This document shows positions 9,831-19,748 of a DNA stretch of 64,000 nucleotides, piece after piece. The translations under genes were made by a program, and so were the position numbers. Below the pieces are notes generated by a model. The model did no database searches. It was not told the origin of the DNA and saw nothing but the letters and a program-made list of their open reading frames with translations. Within the stretch, counting starts at the first letter, position 1; each line of letters begins with the position of its first letter. The stretch is from Myxococcota bacterium (GTDB taxonomy: Bacteria > Myxococcota_C > UBA6777). The stretch is from positions 1 through 64,000 of the forward strand of contig JAKLKB010000020.1 in NCBI GenBank assembly GCA_023150835.1, in the 5' to 3' direction.

Positions 9831-10607
9831 CTACTTTTTGCCAGATGCTTCAACTGCGTGTGAAAGTTTTTGTGGAGGGGTGTGGATCGGGGTTTCTGAG
9901 GCGGGTTTTCGGTGGTTGGGGATATGACGTCCTGCTTGAAGATAGCCTTCGAGCAAGCGACGCATGTGGGCGCGGGCGTGATGCAAGCGGCTCATCACCG
10001 TGCCTTTGGAACATTGGAGGGTTTGGGCGATATCTTCGTAGCTCATGCCTTCGATCTCGCGCAAAAGGATCACGGCACGATGATTTTCGGAAAGGCAACG
10101 GATCGCGGTCCAGATCTGTTCTCCGAGTTCTTTGTTGTTGAGGGCGCGTACAGGATCTTCGGGGGGGAGGGCGCTAATGCTTCCGTGATCTTCGGAGGCG
10201 TTGTCGAGGTTATGTTGAAAAGTGTCGTTGTAGTCGAGGGTTTGGTGCTTTCCTTCGCGGCGGATAAAGTCAATACAAAGGTTGATCACGATCCGATACA
10301 TCCATGTGTAGAAGCTCGAGTTCCCTTGAAAATTGCCGAGATAACGGTGGGCTTTCAGGAAGGCTTCTTGGACGATATCGAGGGCATCTTCGGTGTTGTG
10401 GAGCATTCCATAAGCTGCGGAGAAGAGTTTTTTTTGGTAGCGTTGGACAAGGCAGCAAAAAGCTTCTTCGTTGCCATCACGGCAGCTTTGGACGAGTGTG
10501 TCGTCGTCAAGTTCCACGTCGGCGCTCCGCAGGGAGGAAAGCAAGGAGGACGGTTGTGTGGATGTTGTATACACTTGGTCATCCTGTGGTGCAAAAGAAA
10601 CAAACAA
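9831..10607 (-). CDS. ECF RNA polymerase sigma factor (RpoE-like)
   Basis: Region 2 (DALDIVQEAFLKA...SSFYTWMYRIVINLCID) and region 4 (LREIEGMSYEDIAQTLQCSKGTVMSRLHHAR). Confidence 0.93.
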   Translation of the reverse strand: MFVSFAPQDDQVYTTSTQPSSLLSSLRSADVELDDDTLVQSCRDGNEEAFCCLVQRYQKKLFSAAYGMLHNTEDALDIVQEAFLKAHRYLGNFQGNSSFYTWMYRIVINLCIDFIRREGKHQTLDYNDTFQHNLDNASEDHGSISALPPEDPVRALNNKELGEQIWTAIRCLSENHRAVILLREIEGMSYEDIAQTLQCSKGTVMSRLHHARAHMRRLLEGYLQAGRHIPNHRKPASETPIHTPPQKLSHAVEASGKK

Positions 10608-10821
10608 AAGGCTCGGGGATCATAGCACCCTTGTTGATCCGATTCAAGTATCGAGTGAAAGACGAGCGAACAAGGCTAGGGTTGACTTTTTTGTGGCCTC
10701 TTGTAGGTTGACGGTCGAGATCTGTACATCGCAAAGGTTTGTGGAGTGCGTTGGTATCGACGAGATATCCGCGAAGGTTCTTTGTGTCTGAGAAGGTTGT
10801 TGTGTAGAGGAGAGGACGAGC

Positions 10822-12675
10822 ATGGCGGAGTTGGTGTTTCTTCGTCGAGGCGAAGAGGTAATGCGCTACCAGTTGGACGGGATGATCACAACGATCGGGC
10901 GGGGAGGGCGGAATGACATCGCGTTTCCCGAACACGAGCCCTATATCTCACGCGAACACGCAAGCGTCGAAAAACGCGGGGGTGGTTTTTGGTTGCGGGA
11001 TCTCAGCCATGACGGGATTCTTCTTGACGGGTTGAGCGTCAAAGAGGGGCTTTTGCGGGATGGTGCGCTGTTTAGTCTTGGGAAATGGCAAGTGCGTTTT
11101 CAAGCCAAGTCCGCCGGGATGGATCTCGGGACGTTGACGCGTGGGGGGGGAACTCTGCCTGTTTTTGATCGCGATCAACAAGGTGAGGCGGGCAAGGCGT
11201 TTTTGTGTTTCGAGATCGACGGTGAGCGTTTCGAGCGCCCCTTCACATCGAGCGCGTTGACGATCGGAAGCTCACCCAACAATGAGCTCCGCTTGTCGAT
11301 GCCCTATATATCGAGCTTTCATTGTCGGATCTACCAACGCGACGGGCGCTACTTCTTGCGCGATTTGGAAAGCAAGAATGGTTCGTGGATCAACGGCTTG
11401 CGCACCATCGAAGGGGAGATCCCCGAAGGGGCGGAGTTGTATCTTGGCAAGTTTCCGATGCGGTTTGTGATCCGAAAAGAGTCGCAAAATGCGGAGTATC
11501 CGGGATTTGCGGGGATCATTAGCCGTGATCCTGTGATGGAGCCGATATTTGAGTTGATCCGCCGCGTGGCTTCGCATGATGCAACGGTCTTGATCTTGGG
11601 TGAATCGGGGAGTGGAAAAGAGCTTGTAGCCCGCGCCATCCACGATGTCAGCAATCGCCAGCGCGAGTCATTTCGTGCGCTAAACTGCGGTGTGATCTCC
11701 AAAGAATTGATCGGAAGCGAGTTGTTTGGTCACGAAAGAGGCGCATTTACGGGGGCTGTACAGTCCCACCAAGGCGCATTCGAAGAAGCGGGCGCGGGTA
11801 CGTTGTTTTTGGATGAGATCGGCGATCTGCCTTTGGAGCAACAAGTGGCCTTTCTGCGCGTTCTTGAGGTCGGAAGCTACCGTCGATTGGGCGGAGCCAA
11901 GGACTTGGCCAACCAAGCTCGCATTGTCACAGCCACCCACCGCGATCTTTGGCAATTGATCCGCGCAGGAACCTTCCGCGAAGACCTCTATCATCGGATC
12001 AGTGTCTTGCCGATCGCGCTGCCTCCCCTGCGTGCTCGGGTGCAAGATATCCCCTTGCTTGCGCAGTTTTTTATCCAACGCTTTGCGCAGCATCGCGATC
12101 TACGCCTCAGCGACGAGGCTTTGTTGGCCTTACAGACGTATTCTTGGCCCGGCAACGTCCGTGAACTTCGCAACGTGATCCAACGCGCCATCGTGATGGT
12201 CAACGGTCGCGAGATCAACGCTGCGGATCTACTCATCCGCCCCGAGTATACAGACAACGCACTTCACTCTACCGCCTCAGGATATCCGAGCGGATCCGTT
12301 CCGTACCACGCTGCGGGTTCGGGTGGACACACCTATTACCCCAGCCACCTCTCCCCCCCTGCTCATCCCTATCCTTCGGCCCAACCGCATCCTGCGATGA
12401 GCGGGATGCTACCAAACGCTGCAACAGCCCATCCATCCGCGCACTACGGAGATATCAACACACACAGCCCCTCGGGTGGCGTCGCCTTACAAGATCACAC
12501 GGCCAATTCCGCGACCTCTCTTGACGAGACGGAACGCCAAGCGATCGTGCAAGCCCTTGAGGGTTGTCGAGGAAACGTGACCGAGGCCGCAAGACGCCTT
12601 GGCATCGGACGTTCGAGCCTTTACAGTAAAATGAATCGTCATGGTATCGTGTCTGTCCACTACAAGTCTCGTTGA
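10822..12675 (+). CDS. Sigma54-dependent enhancer-binding protein with two N-terminal FHA domains and a Fis-type HTH
   Basis: FHA motifs (TIGRG...ISREHA; TIGS...ISSFHC...SKNG), Walker [30 protein letters not shown]-terminal [18 protein letters not shown]. Confidence 0.95.
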   Translation: MAELVFLRRGEEVMRYQLDGMITTIGRGGRNDIAFPEHEPYISREHASVEKRGGGFWLRDLSHDGILLDGLSVKEGLLRDGALFSLGKWQVRFQAKSAGMDLGTLTRGGGTLPVFDRDQQGEAGKAFLCFEIDGERFERPFTSSALTIGSSPNNELRLSMPYISSFHCRIYQRDGRYFLRDLESKNGSWINGLRTIEGEIPEGAELYLGKFPMRFVIRKESQNAEYPGFAGIISRDPVMEPIFELIRRVASHDATVLILGESGSGKELVARAIHDVSNRQRESFRALNCGVISKELIGSELFGHERGAFTGAVQSHQGAFEEAGAGTLFLDEIGDLPLEQQVAFLRVLEVGSYRRLGGAKDLANQARIVTATHRDLWQLIRAGTFREDLYHRISVLPIALPPLRARVQDIPLLAQFFIQRFAQHRDLRLSDEALLALQTYSWPGNVRELRNVIQRAIVMVNGREINAADLLIRPEYTDNALHSTASGYPSGSVPYHAAGSGGHTYYPSHLSPPAHPYPSAQPHPAMSGMLPNAATAHPSAHYGDINTHSPSGGVALQDHTANSATSLDETERQAIVQALEGCRGNVTEAARRLGIGRSSLYSKMNRHGIVSVHYKSR

Positions 12676-12727
12676 GTCAAGATGTTCTTGTGTCTGTCCA
12701 CTACAAGTCTCGTTGAGTCAAGATGTT
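12649..12727. repeat. 38-bp perfect direct repeat (41-bp period) spanning the EBP stop and the Omp85 start
   Basis: GTGTCTGTCCACTACAAGTCTCGTTGAGTCAAGATGTT at 12649-12686 and 12690-12727. Confidence 0.9.
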
Positions 12728-15458
12728 AAAAAAGACGTTGGTATTTTGTGGCTTGTTTTTGTGGTGTGGGATGTTTGGTGTGGTCGTATTCAACGAGCCA
12801 ACAGCCTTCGCCAAACCAAAGATGCCTCGCGGCTCACGCCTCTATTCGTTGCGCCTGACCTTTCCCGTACAGCAACGCCTGCCTTATACGGATGGCCCGA
12901 AGACGACACGCTTTCGGCTCATTGCACAAAAGCCCGAACCGCCGCGTACGTCGCCCCCGCCTCGCGATATCCCTGCATCCAAACCCGCTGCATCCAAACC
13001 CGCAAAGACCGATCCGCTCGACGATATCGAAGAGCCGCCCTCCCCCACGCCAACACACCTCACACCGCCACCACGAACAGCCGCACCGCCCTCCTCTGCT
13101 CCTGCACCGACCTCGCGCCCTCGACCCAAAAACACGCAACCGCCCGTACAGAGGGAAGAAGCACCTCTGATCACCACCATCCACATCCTCGGACTACAGC
13201 GCGTCACCCGCACAGAAGTCAACCGCTACTTGTTTTCTCAAGAAGGCGATTTTTTTTCCCGCGAAAAGCTCGACAAAGACACCGCCCGCTTGCAGCGAAG
13301 CGGCCTGTTTGAAACCGTACGCGCCTCTTTTCAGATCAAACAAGGACTCGCGGAGATCACCTTCGCCCTCAAAGAGCGCGAGCTGATCTTGATCCGAGAG
13401 ATCGCGTTTGTTGGAAACCGCATTCTCCAAGCCCCCGATCTTCAAAAGCCACTCGAATTAAAGGTGGGGGGCTACTTTGAAAACGCCGCCCTCAAGCGCG
13501 ACGCCCACCGCATCCTTAAAGCCTACAGCCAGATCGGTTATTTTCGTGCGCGATTGTATGTGCAAGGCTACTGGGGAACTCAAGCAGGACGACGCACCGT
13601 CAAATTGGAGTATGTGATCCACGAGGATCTTCCCGCTCGGATCCGACGTGTGGAGATCCTCGGCAATCAGATCACCAAGACAGCGGATATCTTGGCTGCG
13701 TTGGCCTCCAAACCTGCCGACTTTTTGACCAACTTTACAGGGCAAGGGATCTACCATCCCTATTATGTGGCTCAAGATCGTTATGTTCTGGACAATTTCT
13801 TTATGGATCGGGGATTTTTGGAGCGCGAGATCAAAGGGCCGTATCTGTTTGTTTCGCGAGATCGACGGCAAGTGGATCTGCGCTACCACATCAAAGAAGG
13901 CCCGATCTATCGGTACAATGCGATCGCATTGCGCGGTGAATTGTTGGGAGGAGAAGCTGCGGTTCGAAAGATCTTGACGATCCACCTCGGCAAGATCTTT
14001 GATCGCAGCGAACTGCTCGACAAGACCGTGGCGAGTCTGCGGCGACATTACCAAGATGCCGGATACGCCTTCGCAAAGATCGAACCGATCCCCTTGGTCG
14101 ATCAACAGCGCAAAGCCTTGGGGATCGTCTTTCGCTTTCAAAAAGGGCCATTGGTACGCATCGCAAACATCGAGATCGTCGGGAACGCAGAGACCCAAGA
14201 TCATGTGATACGCCGCCGTTTGTCACTCAAAGAAGGCGATCTGTACAGCGACACGCGATTGCGACAAAGCCAACGTCGGATCTTTGCGCTCGGTTACTTC
14301 GAGAAAAACGACGACACCTATGGCGTACAAGTCCAAGTAGAAAAAACCTTGGACCCCGATCAAGTCAATCTGCGGTTTGTGGTCCGAGAACGATGGACTT
14401 GGACGATCCTTCCGAGTTTTACGTATCTTCCGGGCTACGAAGCGATCTTTTTGGCGCGTGTAGGCAAAGAGAATTTTCTTGGATTGGGGCAATCTCTGTC
14501 CTTGACGGGTGTTGCGGCAACTTCGGGGCGCTTGTTTTCGCTTTCACTGGTGTTTTTCGATCCGTCGATCGCGAATAGTCCGCTGAGTTTGTCTTTTTCT
14601 GGCTATTTTTCGTACAACGCGATCCCAAACCTTGGCTATGCGATCGAGCGGCTGGGCGGGACGTTGGGCTTGGGGATCGCTCTCGGGACGCCTGCGCTTC
14701 GTTTTCATTTATCCTACAGCATCGGGCGTTATGGACTCAGCCCACAGGAAAACTTCGGTTTGCAGATCCAAGGATTTTCGGCGGGGAGTTGGTTGCGCAG
14801 CGGTGTCGGTGGGCAGCTAATCTACGACGATCAGGGATTGCGGCCCCATGCGTTTTTGCAGATGCGCCACAGCGTCTCGTTCTTTCATATCGCGCCCTAT
14901 CTTGGGGCTAATTACAGCCTCAACCAACTGGATATCCAGCTGCGTTTTTTTCTGCAATTTCACAAACGTGTGACGCTGAAACTGGCGGGAACGCTTGGGT
15001 GGATGTTTAGCTTTGATCCGTTCGGTCCCCCGTCCTTTGAGCGTTATCGGCTTGGTGGAGATCGAGATATGCGAGGCTATCCGATCCAATCGTTGGCTCC
15101 TTTGCGCGTCGTGCCTTCGCGTGCGGAGGCGACGTTTACACCCGTCAGGGTCAACTGGGGCGGATCGAAGACAGTGATGGGAAATGCTGAGTTAGAGATC
15201 GTGTTGGCGCGTCGAGCGGGCGTTTCGATGGTGCTGTTTTACGATGCCGGAAACACCTACGACGATCGAGAAGCCTTCTTCCAAGATCTGCGCAACAACG
15301 GGCTTCCTCTCGGGCTGTTTATGGACGTCGGCTTTGGCATACGCTGGCGGATCTTGGGGGCTGGATTGTTTCGCTTTGAATTTGGTTTCCCCCTCAACCC
15401 TCGCCCGGGCGATCCACCCGTACAGTTCTGGGTGACGATCGGCGAATCCGTATTTTAA
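12723..15458 (+). CDS. bamA: Omp85/BamA-family outer-membrane protein with POTRA domains and a Pro-rich N-terminal linker
   Basis: Signal peptide; repeated POTRA starts (IREIAFVGN, IRRVEILGN, IANIEIVGN); ENFLGLGQ; GGDRDMRGY (VRGF-type motif); FYDAGN; C-terminal Phe. Orthologue versus paralogue not resolved. Confidence 0.8.
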   Translation: MLKKTLVFCGLFLWCGMFGVVVFNEPTAFAKPKMPRGSRLYSLRLTFPVQQRLPYTDGPKTTRFRLIAQKPEPPRTSPPPRDIPASKPAASKPAKTDPLDDIEEPPSPTPTHLTPPPRTAAPPSSAPAPTSRPRPKNTQPPVQREEAPLITTIHILGLQRVTRTEVNRYLFSQEGDFFSREKLDKDTARLQRSGLFETVRASFQIKQGLAEITFALKERELILIREIAFVGNRILQAPDLQKPLELKVGGYFENAALKRDAHRILKAYSQIGYFRARLYVQGYWGTQAGRRTVKLEYVIHEDLPARIRRVEILGNQITKTADILAALASKPADFLTNFTGQGIYHPYYVAQDRYVLDNFFMDRGFLEREIKGPYLFVSRDRRQVDLRYHIKEGPIYRYNAIALRGELLGGEAAVRKILTIHLGKIFDRSELLDKTVASLRRHYQDAGYAFAKIEPIPLVDQQRKALGIVFRFQKGPLVRIANIEIVGNAETQDHVIRRRLSLKEGDLYSDTRLRQSQRRIFALGYFEKNDDTYGVQVQVEKTLDPDQVNLRFVVRERWTWTILPSFTYLPGYEAIFLARVGKENFLGLGQSLSLTGVAATSGRLFSLSLVFFDPSIANSPLSLSFSGYFSYNAIPNLGYAIERLGGTLGLGIALGTPALRFHLSYSIGRYGLSPQENFGLQIQGFSAGSWLRSGVGGQLIYDDQGLRPHAFLQMRHSVSFFHIAPYLGANYSLNQLDIQLRFFLQFHKRVTLKLAGTLGWMFSFDPFGPPSFERYRLGGDRDMRGYPIQSLAPLRVVPSRAEATFTPVRVNWGGSKTVMGNAELEIVLARRAGVSMVLFYDAGNTYDDREAFFQDLRNNGLPLGLFMDVGFGIRWRILGAGLFRFEFGFPLNPRPGDPPVQFWVTIGESVF

Positions 15459-15510
15459 CGTATAGCGTTTGCAGAGTGGGGTGACGATCAGCGGATCTGT
15501 GTTTGAGCGT

Positions 15511-16824
15511 CTAGCGTTTGGCAGGCCGAAACCCCGCATTGACGGCGTCTTGTACGTTGCAAAAGAAGACGGTGTTTTTGCTTTTGCTGCTGAGCGCTCG
15601 GGCGTAGCCTTTGTTTGTGGGGGTGCGGTAGATCTTGCTGCGAAGATTGCCGACGATCGGTTGTTCGACACGACAGCGTTCTGCAAGAGCACGTTTGCTG
15701 CGTGCGTAAGTTCCGGTCGATGGGGCGGGTGTGGGTTCGGGTGTGGAAGTAGCGGTGTATTCGCCTCTTCGCCCCGAGCGTCGGTATCCTGCGGCTTCGG
15801 CTTCTTGAACGGATTGAAAGATACGATATCGACCGGGACGCAAGACGCGGTAGGTTTTGCGGGTGGGATGGCCCAAGATCAAGGAACCTTGGGGATTTGA
15901 AGCGACGCCGCTTGGGGAGGGATCTGAAGAGTGGGTGGGAGCAGGTGGAGGAAGATCACGCGGCCCGATGCGATCTTGTGGAGAGGCCGAAGATTGGATC
16001 TCGGAGGAAGTTTTGGGGTGCGCGTTGGGGTCGAAGGGAACGCGGTAATCGGAAGGAGCCGCTCGAAAGCCCGCAGATTCGGCCTCGTTGGAGGAGCAAA
16101 ACAAACGACGGGTTCGATAATCGGTACGAAAGAAAGCGCGATGGCCTTTGGTAAAGTAGTAGCGTGTGCGTTGATCGCCGATCACCCAGTCAAAACGACG
16201 AACACCCAAGCGTTGGTTGCAGGCGCTACGCAATTGACGGTAGCGTTCGTCTTCGGCTTGCATCGCTGTCACTTTTTCGGGGTGCGCCCACATCCCCCGT
16301 CTTGCGGCCTTTGCGGCTTGTTCGAGCTGAACAAACCGCTCCATGTAAGTGTGCGGATAGCGCGTCATCGCAAAGGCATAGCCTTCTTCGATCATCTGCG
16401 TGTTAAACATCCGACCATTGGGCATAAATATGTACACAAGCAAGCGACCGTAAACACCGCGCTGTTGGCCTTTTCGGCCTCTGCCGCTCGGACGGCCTTG
16501 AAGGGCCAAGATCACGTTGTCGCCGATACGCAACAATTGCTTGGCGCGACTTGAGGCTTCGGGTCCGTAAAACTCGACAGGTTTGAAGGGATGTTTGGTT
16601 TCGGGCGTGTCGATGCCGACAAGTCGGAGCTTTTCGAGTTTATCGCCACAAAAGACGTGAGCGGTATCGCCGTCGACGACTTTGTGAACGCGGCAAGGGG
16701 TGCGCATAAACCAAAGCAAAGGCCACTCGCGCTTGAGCTGGTGCCATGAGGTTTCTGCGTGAGAGTGAGGAGGAACGAAGCAGAAGAGGGTGCAAAAGAA
16801 GACGCCGACAAACAAGCGAAGCAT
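15511..16824 (-). CDS. Secreted thermonuclease (SNase family) with three C-terminal Ada-metal-binding-like modules
   Basis: VVDGDT...LRLVGIDTPE, YGRLLVYI, EGYA, ARRGMW; three repeats ending EAESAGFR, EAEAAGYR and DAVNAGFR. Confidence 0.88.
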   Translation of the reverse strand: MLRLFVGVFFCTLFCFVPPHSHAETSWHQLKREWPLLWFMRTPCRVHKVVDGDTAHVFCGDKLEKLRLVGIDTPETKHPFKPVEFYGPEASSRAKQLLRIGDNVILALQGRPSGRGRKGQQRGVYGRLLVYIFMPNGRMFNTQMIEEGYAFAMTRYPHTYMERFVQLEQAAKAARRGMWAHPEKVTAMQAEDERYRQLRSACNQRLGVRRFDWVIGDQRTRYYFTKGHRAFFRTDYRTRRLFCSSNEAESAGFRAAPSDYRVPFDPNAHPKTSSEIQSSASPQDRIGPRDLPPPAPTHSSDPSPSGVASNPQGSLILGHPTRKTYRVLRPGRYRIFQSVQEAEAAGYRRSGRRGEYTATSTPEPTPAPSTGTYARSKRALAERCRVEQPIVGNLRSKIYRTPTNKGYARALSSKSKNTVFFCNVQDAVNAGFRPAKR

Positions 16825-16927
16825 GATTGCTTTCTCCCTTGTACTGGGGTGAAACGAAGGCCATGCGACGAGGCACGGCGCATCAAGCTAATGCGCAAAG
16901 AGGTTGGGCGTCAAGAGAGAGACGGTG

Positions 16928-17740
16928 TTAGCGATTCCCACCACGAGGCGCTTTGTCATCGGAGCTTGGTTGCAGATAAGCGCGGATCGAGCGCATGACT
17001 TGGTTGATCTCGTTGAGTTCGCGTTCGGGGATAACGGCGATGCTACGGGCTTCACGGGTGAAACCATCAAGGCGTTTGCGGACGCGTTCGAGCGTTTCGT
17101 TGGTGTGTTGCTCGACGATATCGAGACGTGCGCAGATATCGATCCATTCGGATCGAGAGATGGAGGTGGCTTGAAGACGATCGATGCGCTGTTCGATCTG
17201 GTCCAGTCGTTCTTCGATCAGGGAAAGGCGCTGTTCTAGGGCGTCGAGACGTGGATTTTCCGTTTGCACGCGTTCCTCTTGTTTGCGACGGCTGGCTTGG
17301 AGGTTGGCATTTCGTTGCATATTGACCTCGTGTTGGTCGGGAGTATCGGTGATCTCGATCGTCGCACCATCAAGGGTGGTCAATCGCCGAGGTGCTGGGA
17401 CAGAGAAGCGAGGCGTCTTTTCAGATGTCGCATGAATCATCGGAGTATAAGCGGGCATCGGCAACGAGTCAAGTAATGCGCTATCTTGGTACGTTTGTGT
17501 GCGTGAGATATGCGAGTGGGTATCTTCGGATGGTGCGGGTTCTGCGACCAATTCCATCATCGCAGCGATGGCTTGATCATCGGGGACGTTGTTCGGCTGG
17601 TTGGGGTCGACAAACCCCCAAGGATAGCGTGGAGGACGCGAAGAACAGATACCGCATTTTTGGCGAGGACGGCCTCCCGGACGTGGGTCGACGTACCAAA
17701 AGGTTTTTTTACAGTCTTGGCATTCAGTGAGCTTTTTCAT
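16928..17740 (-). CDS. Hypothetical protein with N-terminal Zn-ribbon and C-terminal coiled coil
   Basis: CQDC...CGIC; heptad stretch RLDALEQRLSLIEERLDQIEQRIDRL; RBS GGAG upstream. Confidence 0.7.
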   Translation of the reverse strand: MKKLTECQDCKKTFWYVDPRPGGRPRQKCGICSSRPPRYPWGFVDPNQPNNVPDDQAIAAMMELVAEPAPSEDTHSHISRTQTYQDSALLDSLPMPAYTPMIHATSEKTPRFSVPAPRRLTTLDGATIEITDTPDQHEVNMQRNANLQASRRKQEERVQTENPRLDALEQRLSLIEERLDQIEQRIDRLQATSISRSEWIDICARLDIVEQHTNETLERVRKRLDGFTREARSIAVIPERELNEINQVMRSIRAYLQPSSDDKAPRGGNR

Positions 17741-18119
17741 CGAAAAAATCTCCAGATGGATAAAGAGTGGTACGCGCTCAAAGGAGGATGGGGCTTCGAG
17801 TAAAAAGCCCGAGGGTTCGAGTGTTTTGCGATTTTGTGCTGAATGTTCGCCGCCAAAGCAGAAGCCAACAACGGGAAGATTTGACGAGCAGTTTCAACGA
17901 GCCTCGGGCTCTTTGATGACAGGATCGCAAGGTGGTATGGATCACAAAGCATAAGATTCATTGGGGGTTGTTTTGGTTGCGAACGAGTAGAAAAAAATTC
18001 TGTGCAACCAAGGTGATGCAAAGACAGGCGAGGCAAGACGTCAAACCTTTAAGGGCAAAAGGAAAAGCAATGAAGCGTTGGGAACAACGCGAATGATCTC
18101 GAAAAAAACTGAGGTGTGA

Positions 18120-18235
18120 TGCGAAATCCGCCCATCGTGCGATCACAAAACATAGGGGAAGCCCCCTGTGGCTGCCCAAGAATCGGGCCGCTGCTGCTTT
18201 TTGGGTGTCGACTCAAATTGGCGGCGTATCTCCGC
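18120..18235. mobile_element. Copy of the ~113-bp MITE/REP-like family (copy D, inverted)
   Basis: Reverse complement reads GCCCGATTCTTGGGCAGCCACAGGGGGCTTCCCCTATG...GATCGCACGATGGGCGGATTTCGCA, matching copy A; right end degenerate. Confidence 0.65.
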
Positions 18236-18314
18236 ATCAGCCCCCTGTGACTGCGCAAGAATCGGGTCGCCACAGAGGATCGCATCCGCGATCACGCATC
18301 ACTCGGAACCGCAT

Positions 18315-19748
18315 TTAGGGGGCTGTGCAGAAGCGCCCGTTACCACAAACAAGACCTTTTGGACAGTCCTCATTTTTGGCACATGAATATCCGCACAGGC
18401 GGATACCATCTTGGCGGTTCAAGTTGCAAGAGGCGTTGAAAGGCATCGAAGCGCAGTCTTCGTTGGTCAGACACTGCGCGCCACAGTAACCGCGCCGTTC
18501 TGCGCCAGCCGTTGTTGTGGGGACGCAATTGAAGGGATGTTCGCAGGCTTGGGCGGGGGTAGTGTTACAGAGTTCTCCCGCTTTTCGAGTGCCTTCGGGC
18601 GGAAGAGGAAAGCAGATCTTGGACTGATCGGTGAGCGTCGAACACTCTTTGCTGTGCCCTTCCAATTTGCAGTCTGCTTGGGACTTGCAATCGCGTTCAA
18701 CACAGTATCCCGCAGGGCCAAAGGCGCGGCAGATCATGTTGGCCCCTTGTTTGTGAAGACAAGTTCCGAGCGGATCGCTGAGTTTGCAGTCTTTCAGGCA
18801 GATCTCGATGGATTGGCCGTTGTTGGTGAATCCGACACAGCTATGAGCGCGCTCACACACACGACGAACGCCGCTGCTTGGGTTGTTTCGGTCGCAACGA
18901 TCTCCTTCAAAAGCAGGTACGCCTTTGACGCATTTGTTGGTGCTTGGGTCACAAGCGAGTCCTGCATCAGCGTTGCACTCGACGGGCGGAGACTGGCCAT
19001 CAGAACAATCCTCCCCTTCAAGATTGAGGATGCGCGCCGCTGAACAAGTGGCGCTGATGCAGATCAGGTGGGGGTTTTGGTTTCTGGCGCAAAGAACGGC
19101 CTGACGGGGATCACAGTTTTCGTCTTTCTGTGCGAACTTCGCACAAACACGGATCGCGGAAAGCGCATAGCGTTCGTAACTGACGCGAGTGCATTCGTTT
19201 CGACCATCCGTATTGGTCGCACAAACAGACGCATTGTCGGTGCAATCTTGCAAACATCGCGATTCAAGGCTGTTGACCCGAACGCAGACCAGCCCTGTTC
19301 GGCAACGATCCTTGGGGGCTGCGCCACGCAACGAGAGGCAGGGTTCGAAAAGTGCGCGTAAACCATCTTGAACAGGAGTCGTGTCGGGTTCGATCACCTG
19401 CTCGGGTCCGATCACCTGCTCGGGTTCGATCACCTGCTCGGGTTGGGGTTCGGGTTCGGGGTTGGGTTCGTCGGGTGGGATCTCAAACTTTGGTTTTTCC
19501 GGAAGCTTCGAGCGATCGATACATTTGGAAACAAAGCAAGCGTACGAAGATCCGAGGCGTTCGACGCAATCGCGATCTCCTTTGCATTCGGGAGGATGGG
19601 CGCAGGTAAACGCCAACAGCGGCAACACAAAGGAGCCGAAAAAAACCAAAAAAAGACCGAGAGGAAGGACGTGCTCCGTACGATTCGGCTGAGTATGATT
19701 CGGATGAGTTTGGTGATGGTGTCTCACTGGCATACCCCGTTGACGCAT
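18315..19748 (-). CDS. Cys-rich exported or lipid-anchored protein
   Basis: Hydrophobic segment ending LLAFTC; many Cys in repeated disulfide-rich modules; EPEQVI x3 linker. Confidence 0.8.
   Translation of the reverse strand: MRQRGMPVRHHHQTHPNHTQPNRTEHVLPLGLFLVFFGSFVLPLLAFTCAHPPECKGDRDCVERLGSSYACFVSKCIDRSKLPEKPKFEIPPDEPNPEPEPQPEQVIEPEQVIGPEQVIEPDTTPVQDGLRALFEPCLSLRGAAPKDRCRTGLVCVRVNSLESRCLQDCTDNASVCATNTDGRNECTRVSYERYALSAIRVCAKFAQKDENCDPRQAVLCARNQNPHLICISATCSAARILNLEGEDCSDGQSPPVECNADAGLACDPSTNKCVKGVPAFEGDRCDRNNPSSGVRRVCERAHSCVGFTNNGQSIEICLKDCKLSDPLGTCLHKQGANMICRAFGPAGYCVERDCKSQADCKLEGHSKECSTLTDQSKICFPLPPEGTRKAGELCNTTPAQACEHPFNCVPTTTAGAERRGYCGAQCLTNEDCASMPFNASCNLNRQDGIRLCGYSCAKNEDCPKGLVCGNGRFCTAP

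Noticed and set aside
10608-10821. Sigma54 -24/-12 promoter in the divergent intergenic region
   Set aside because: No convincing TGGCAC-N5-TTGC match found by eye
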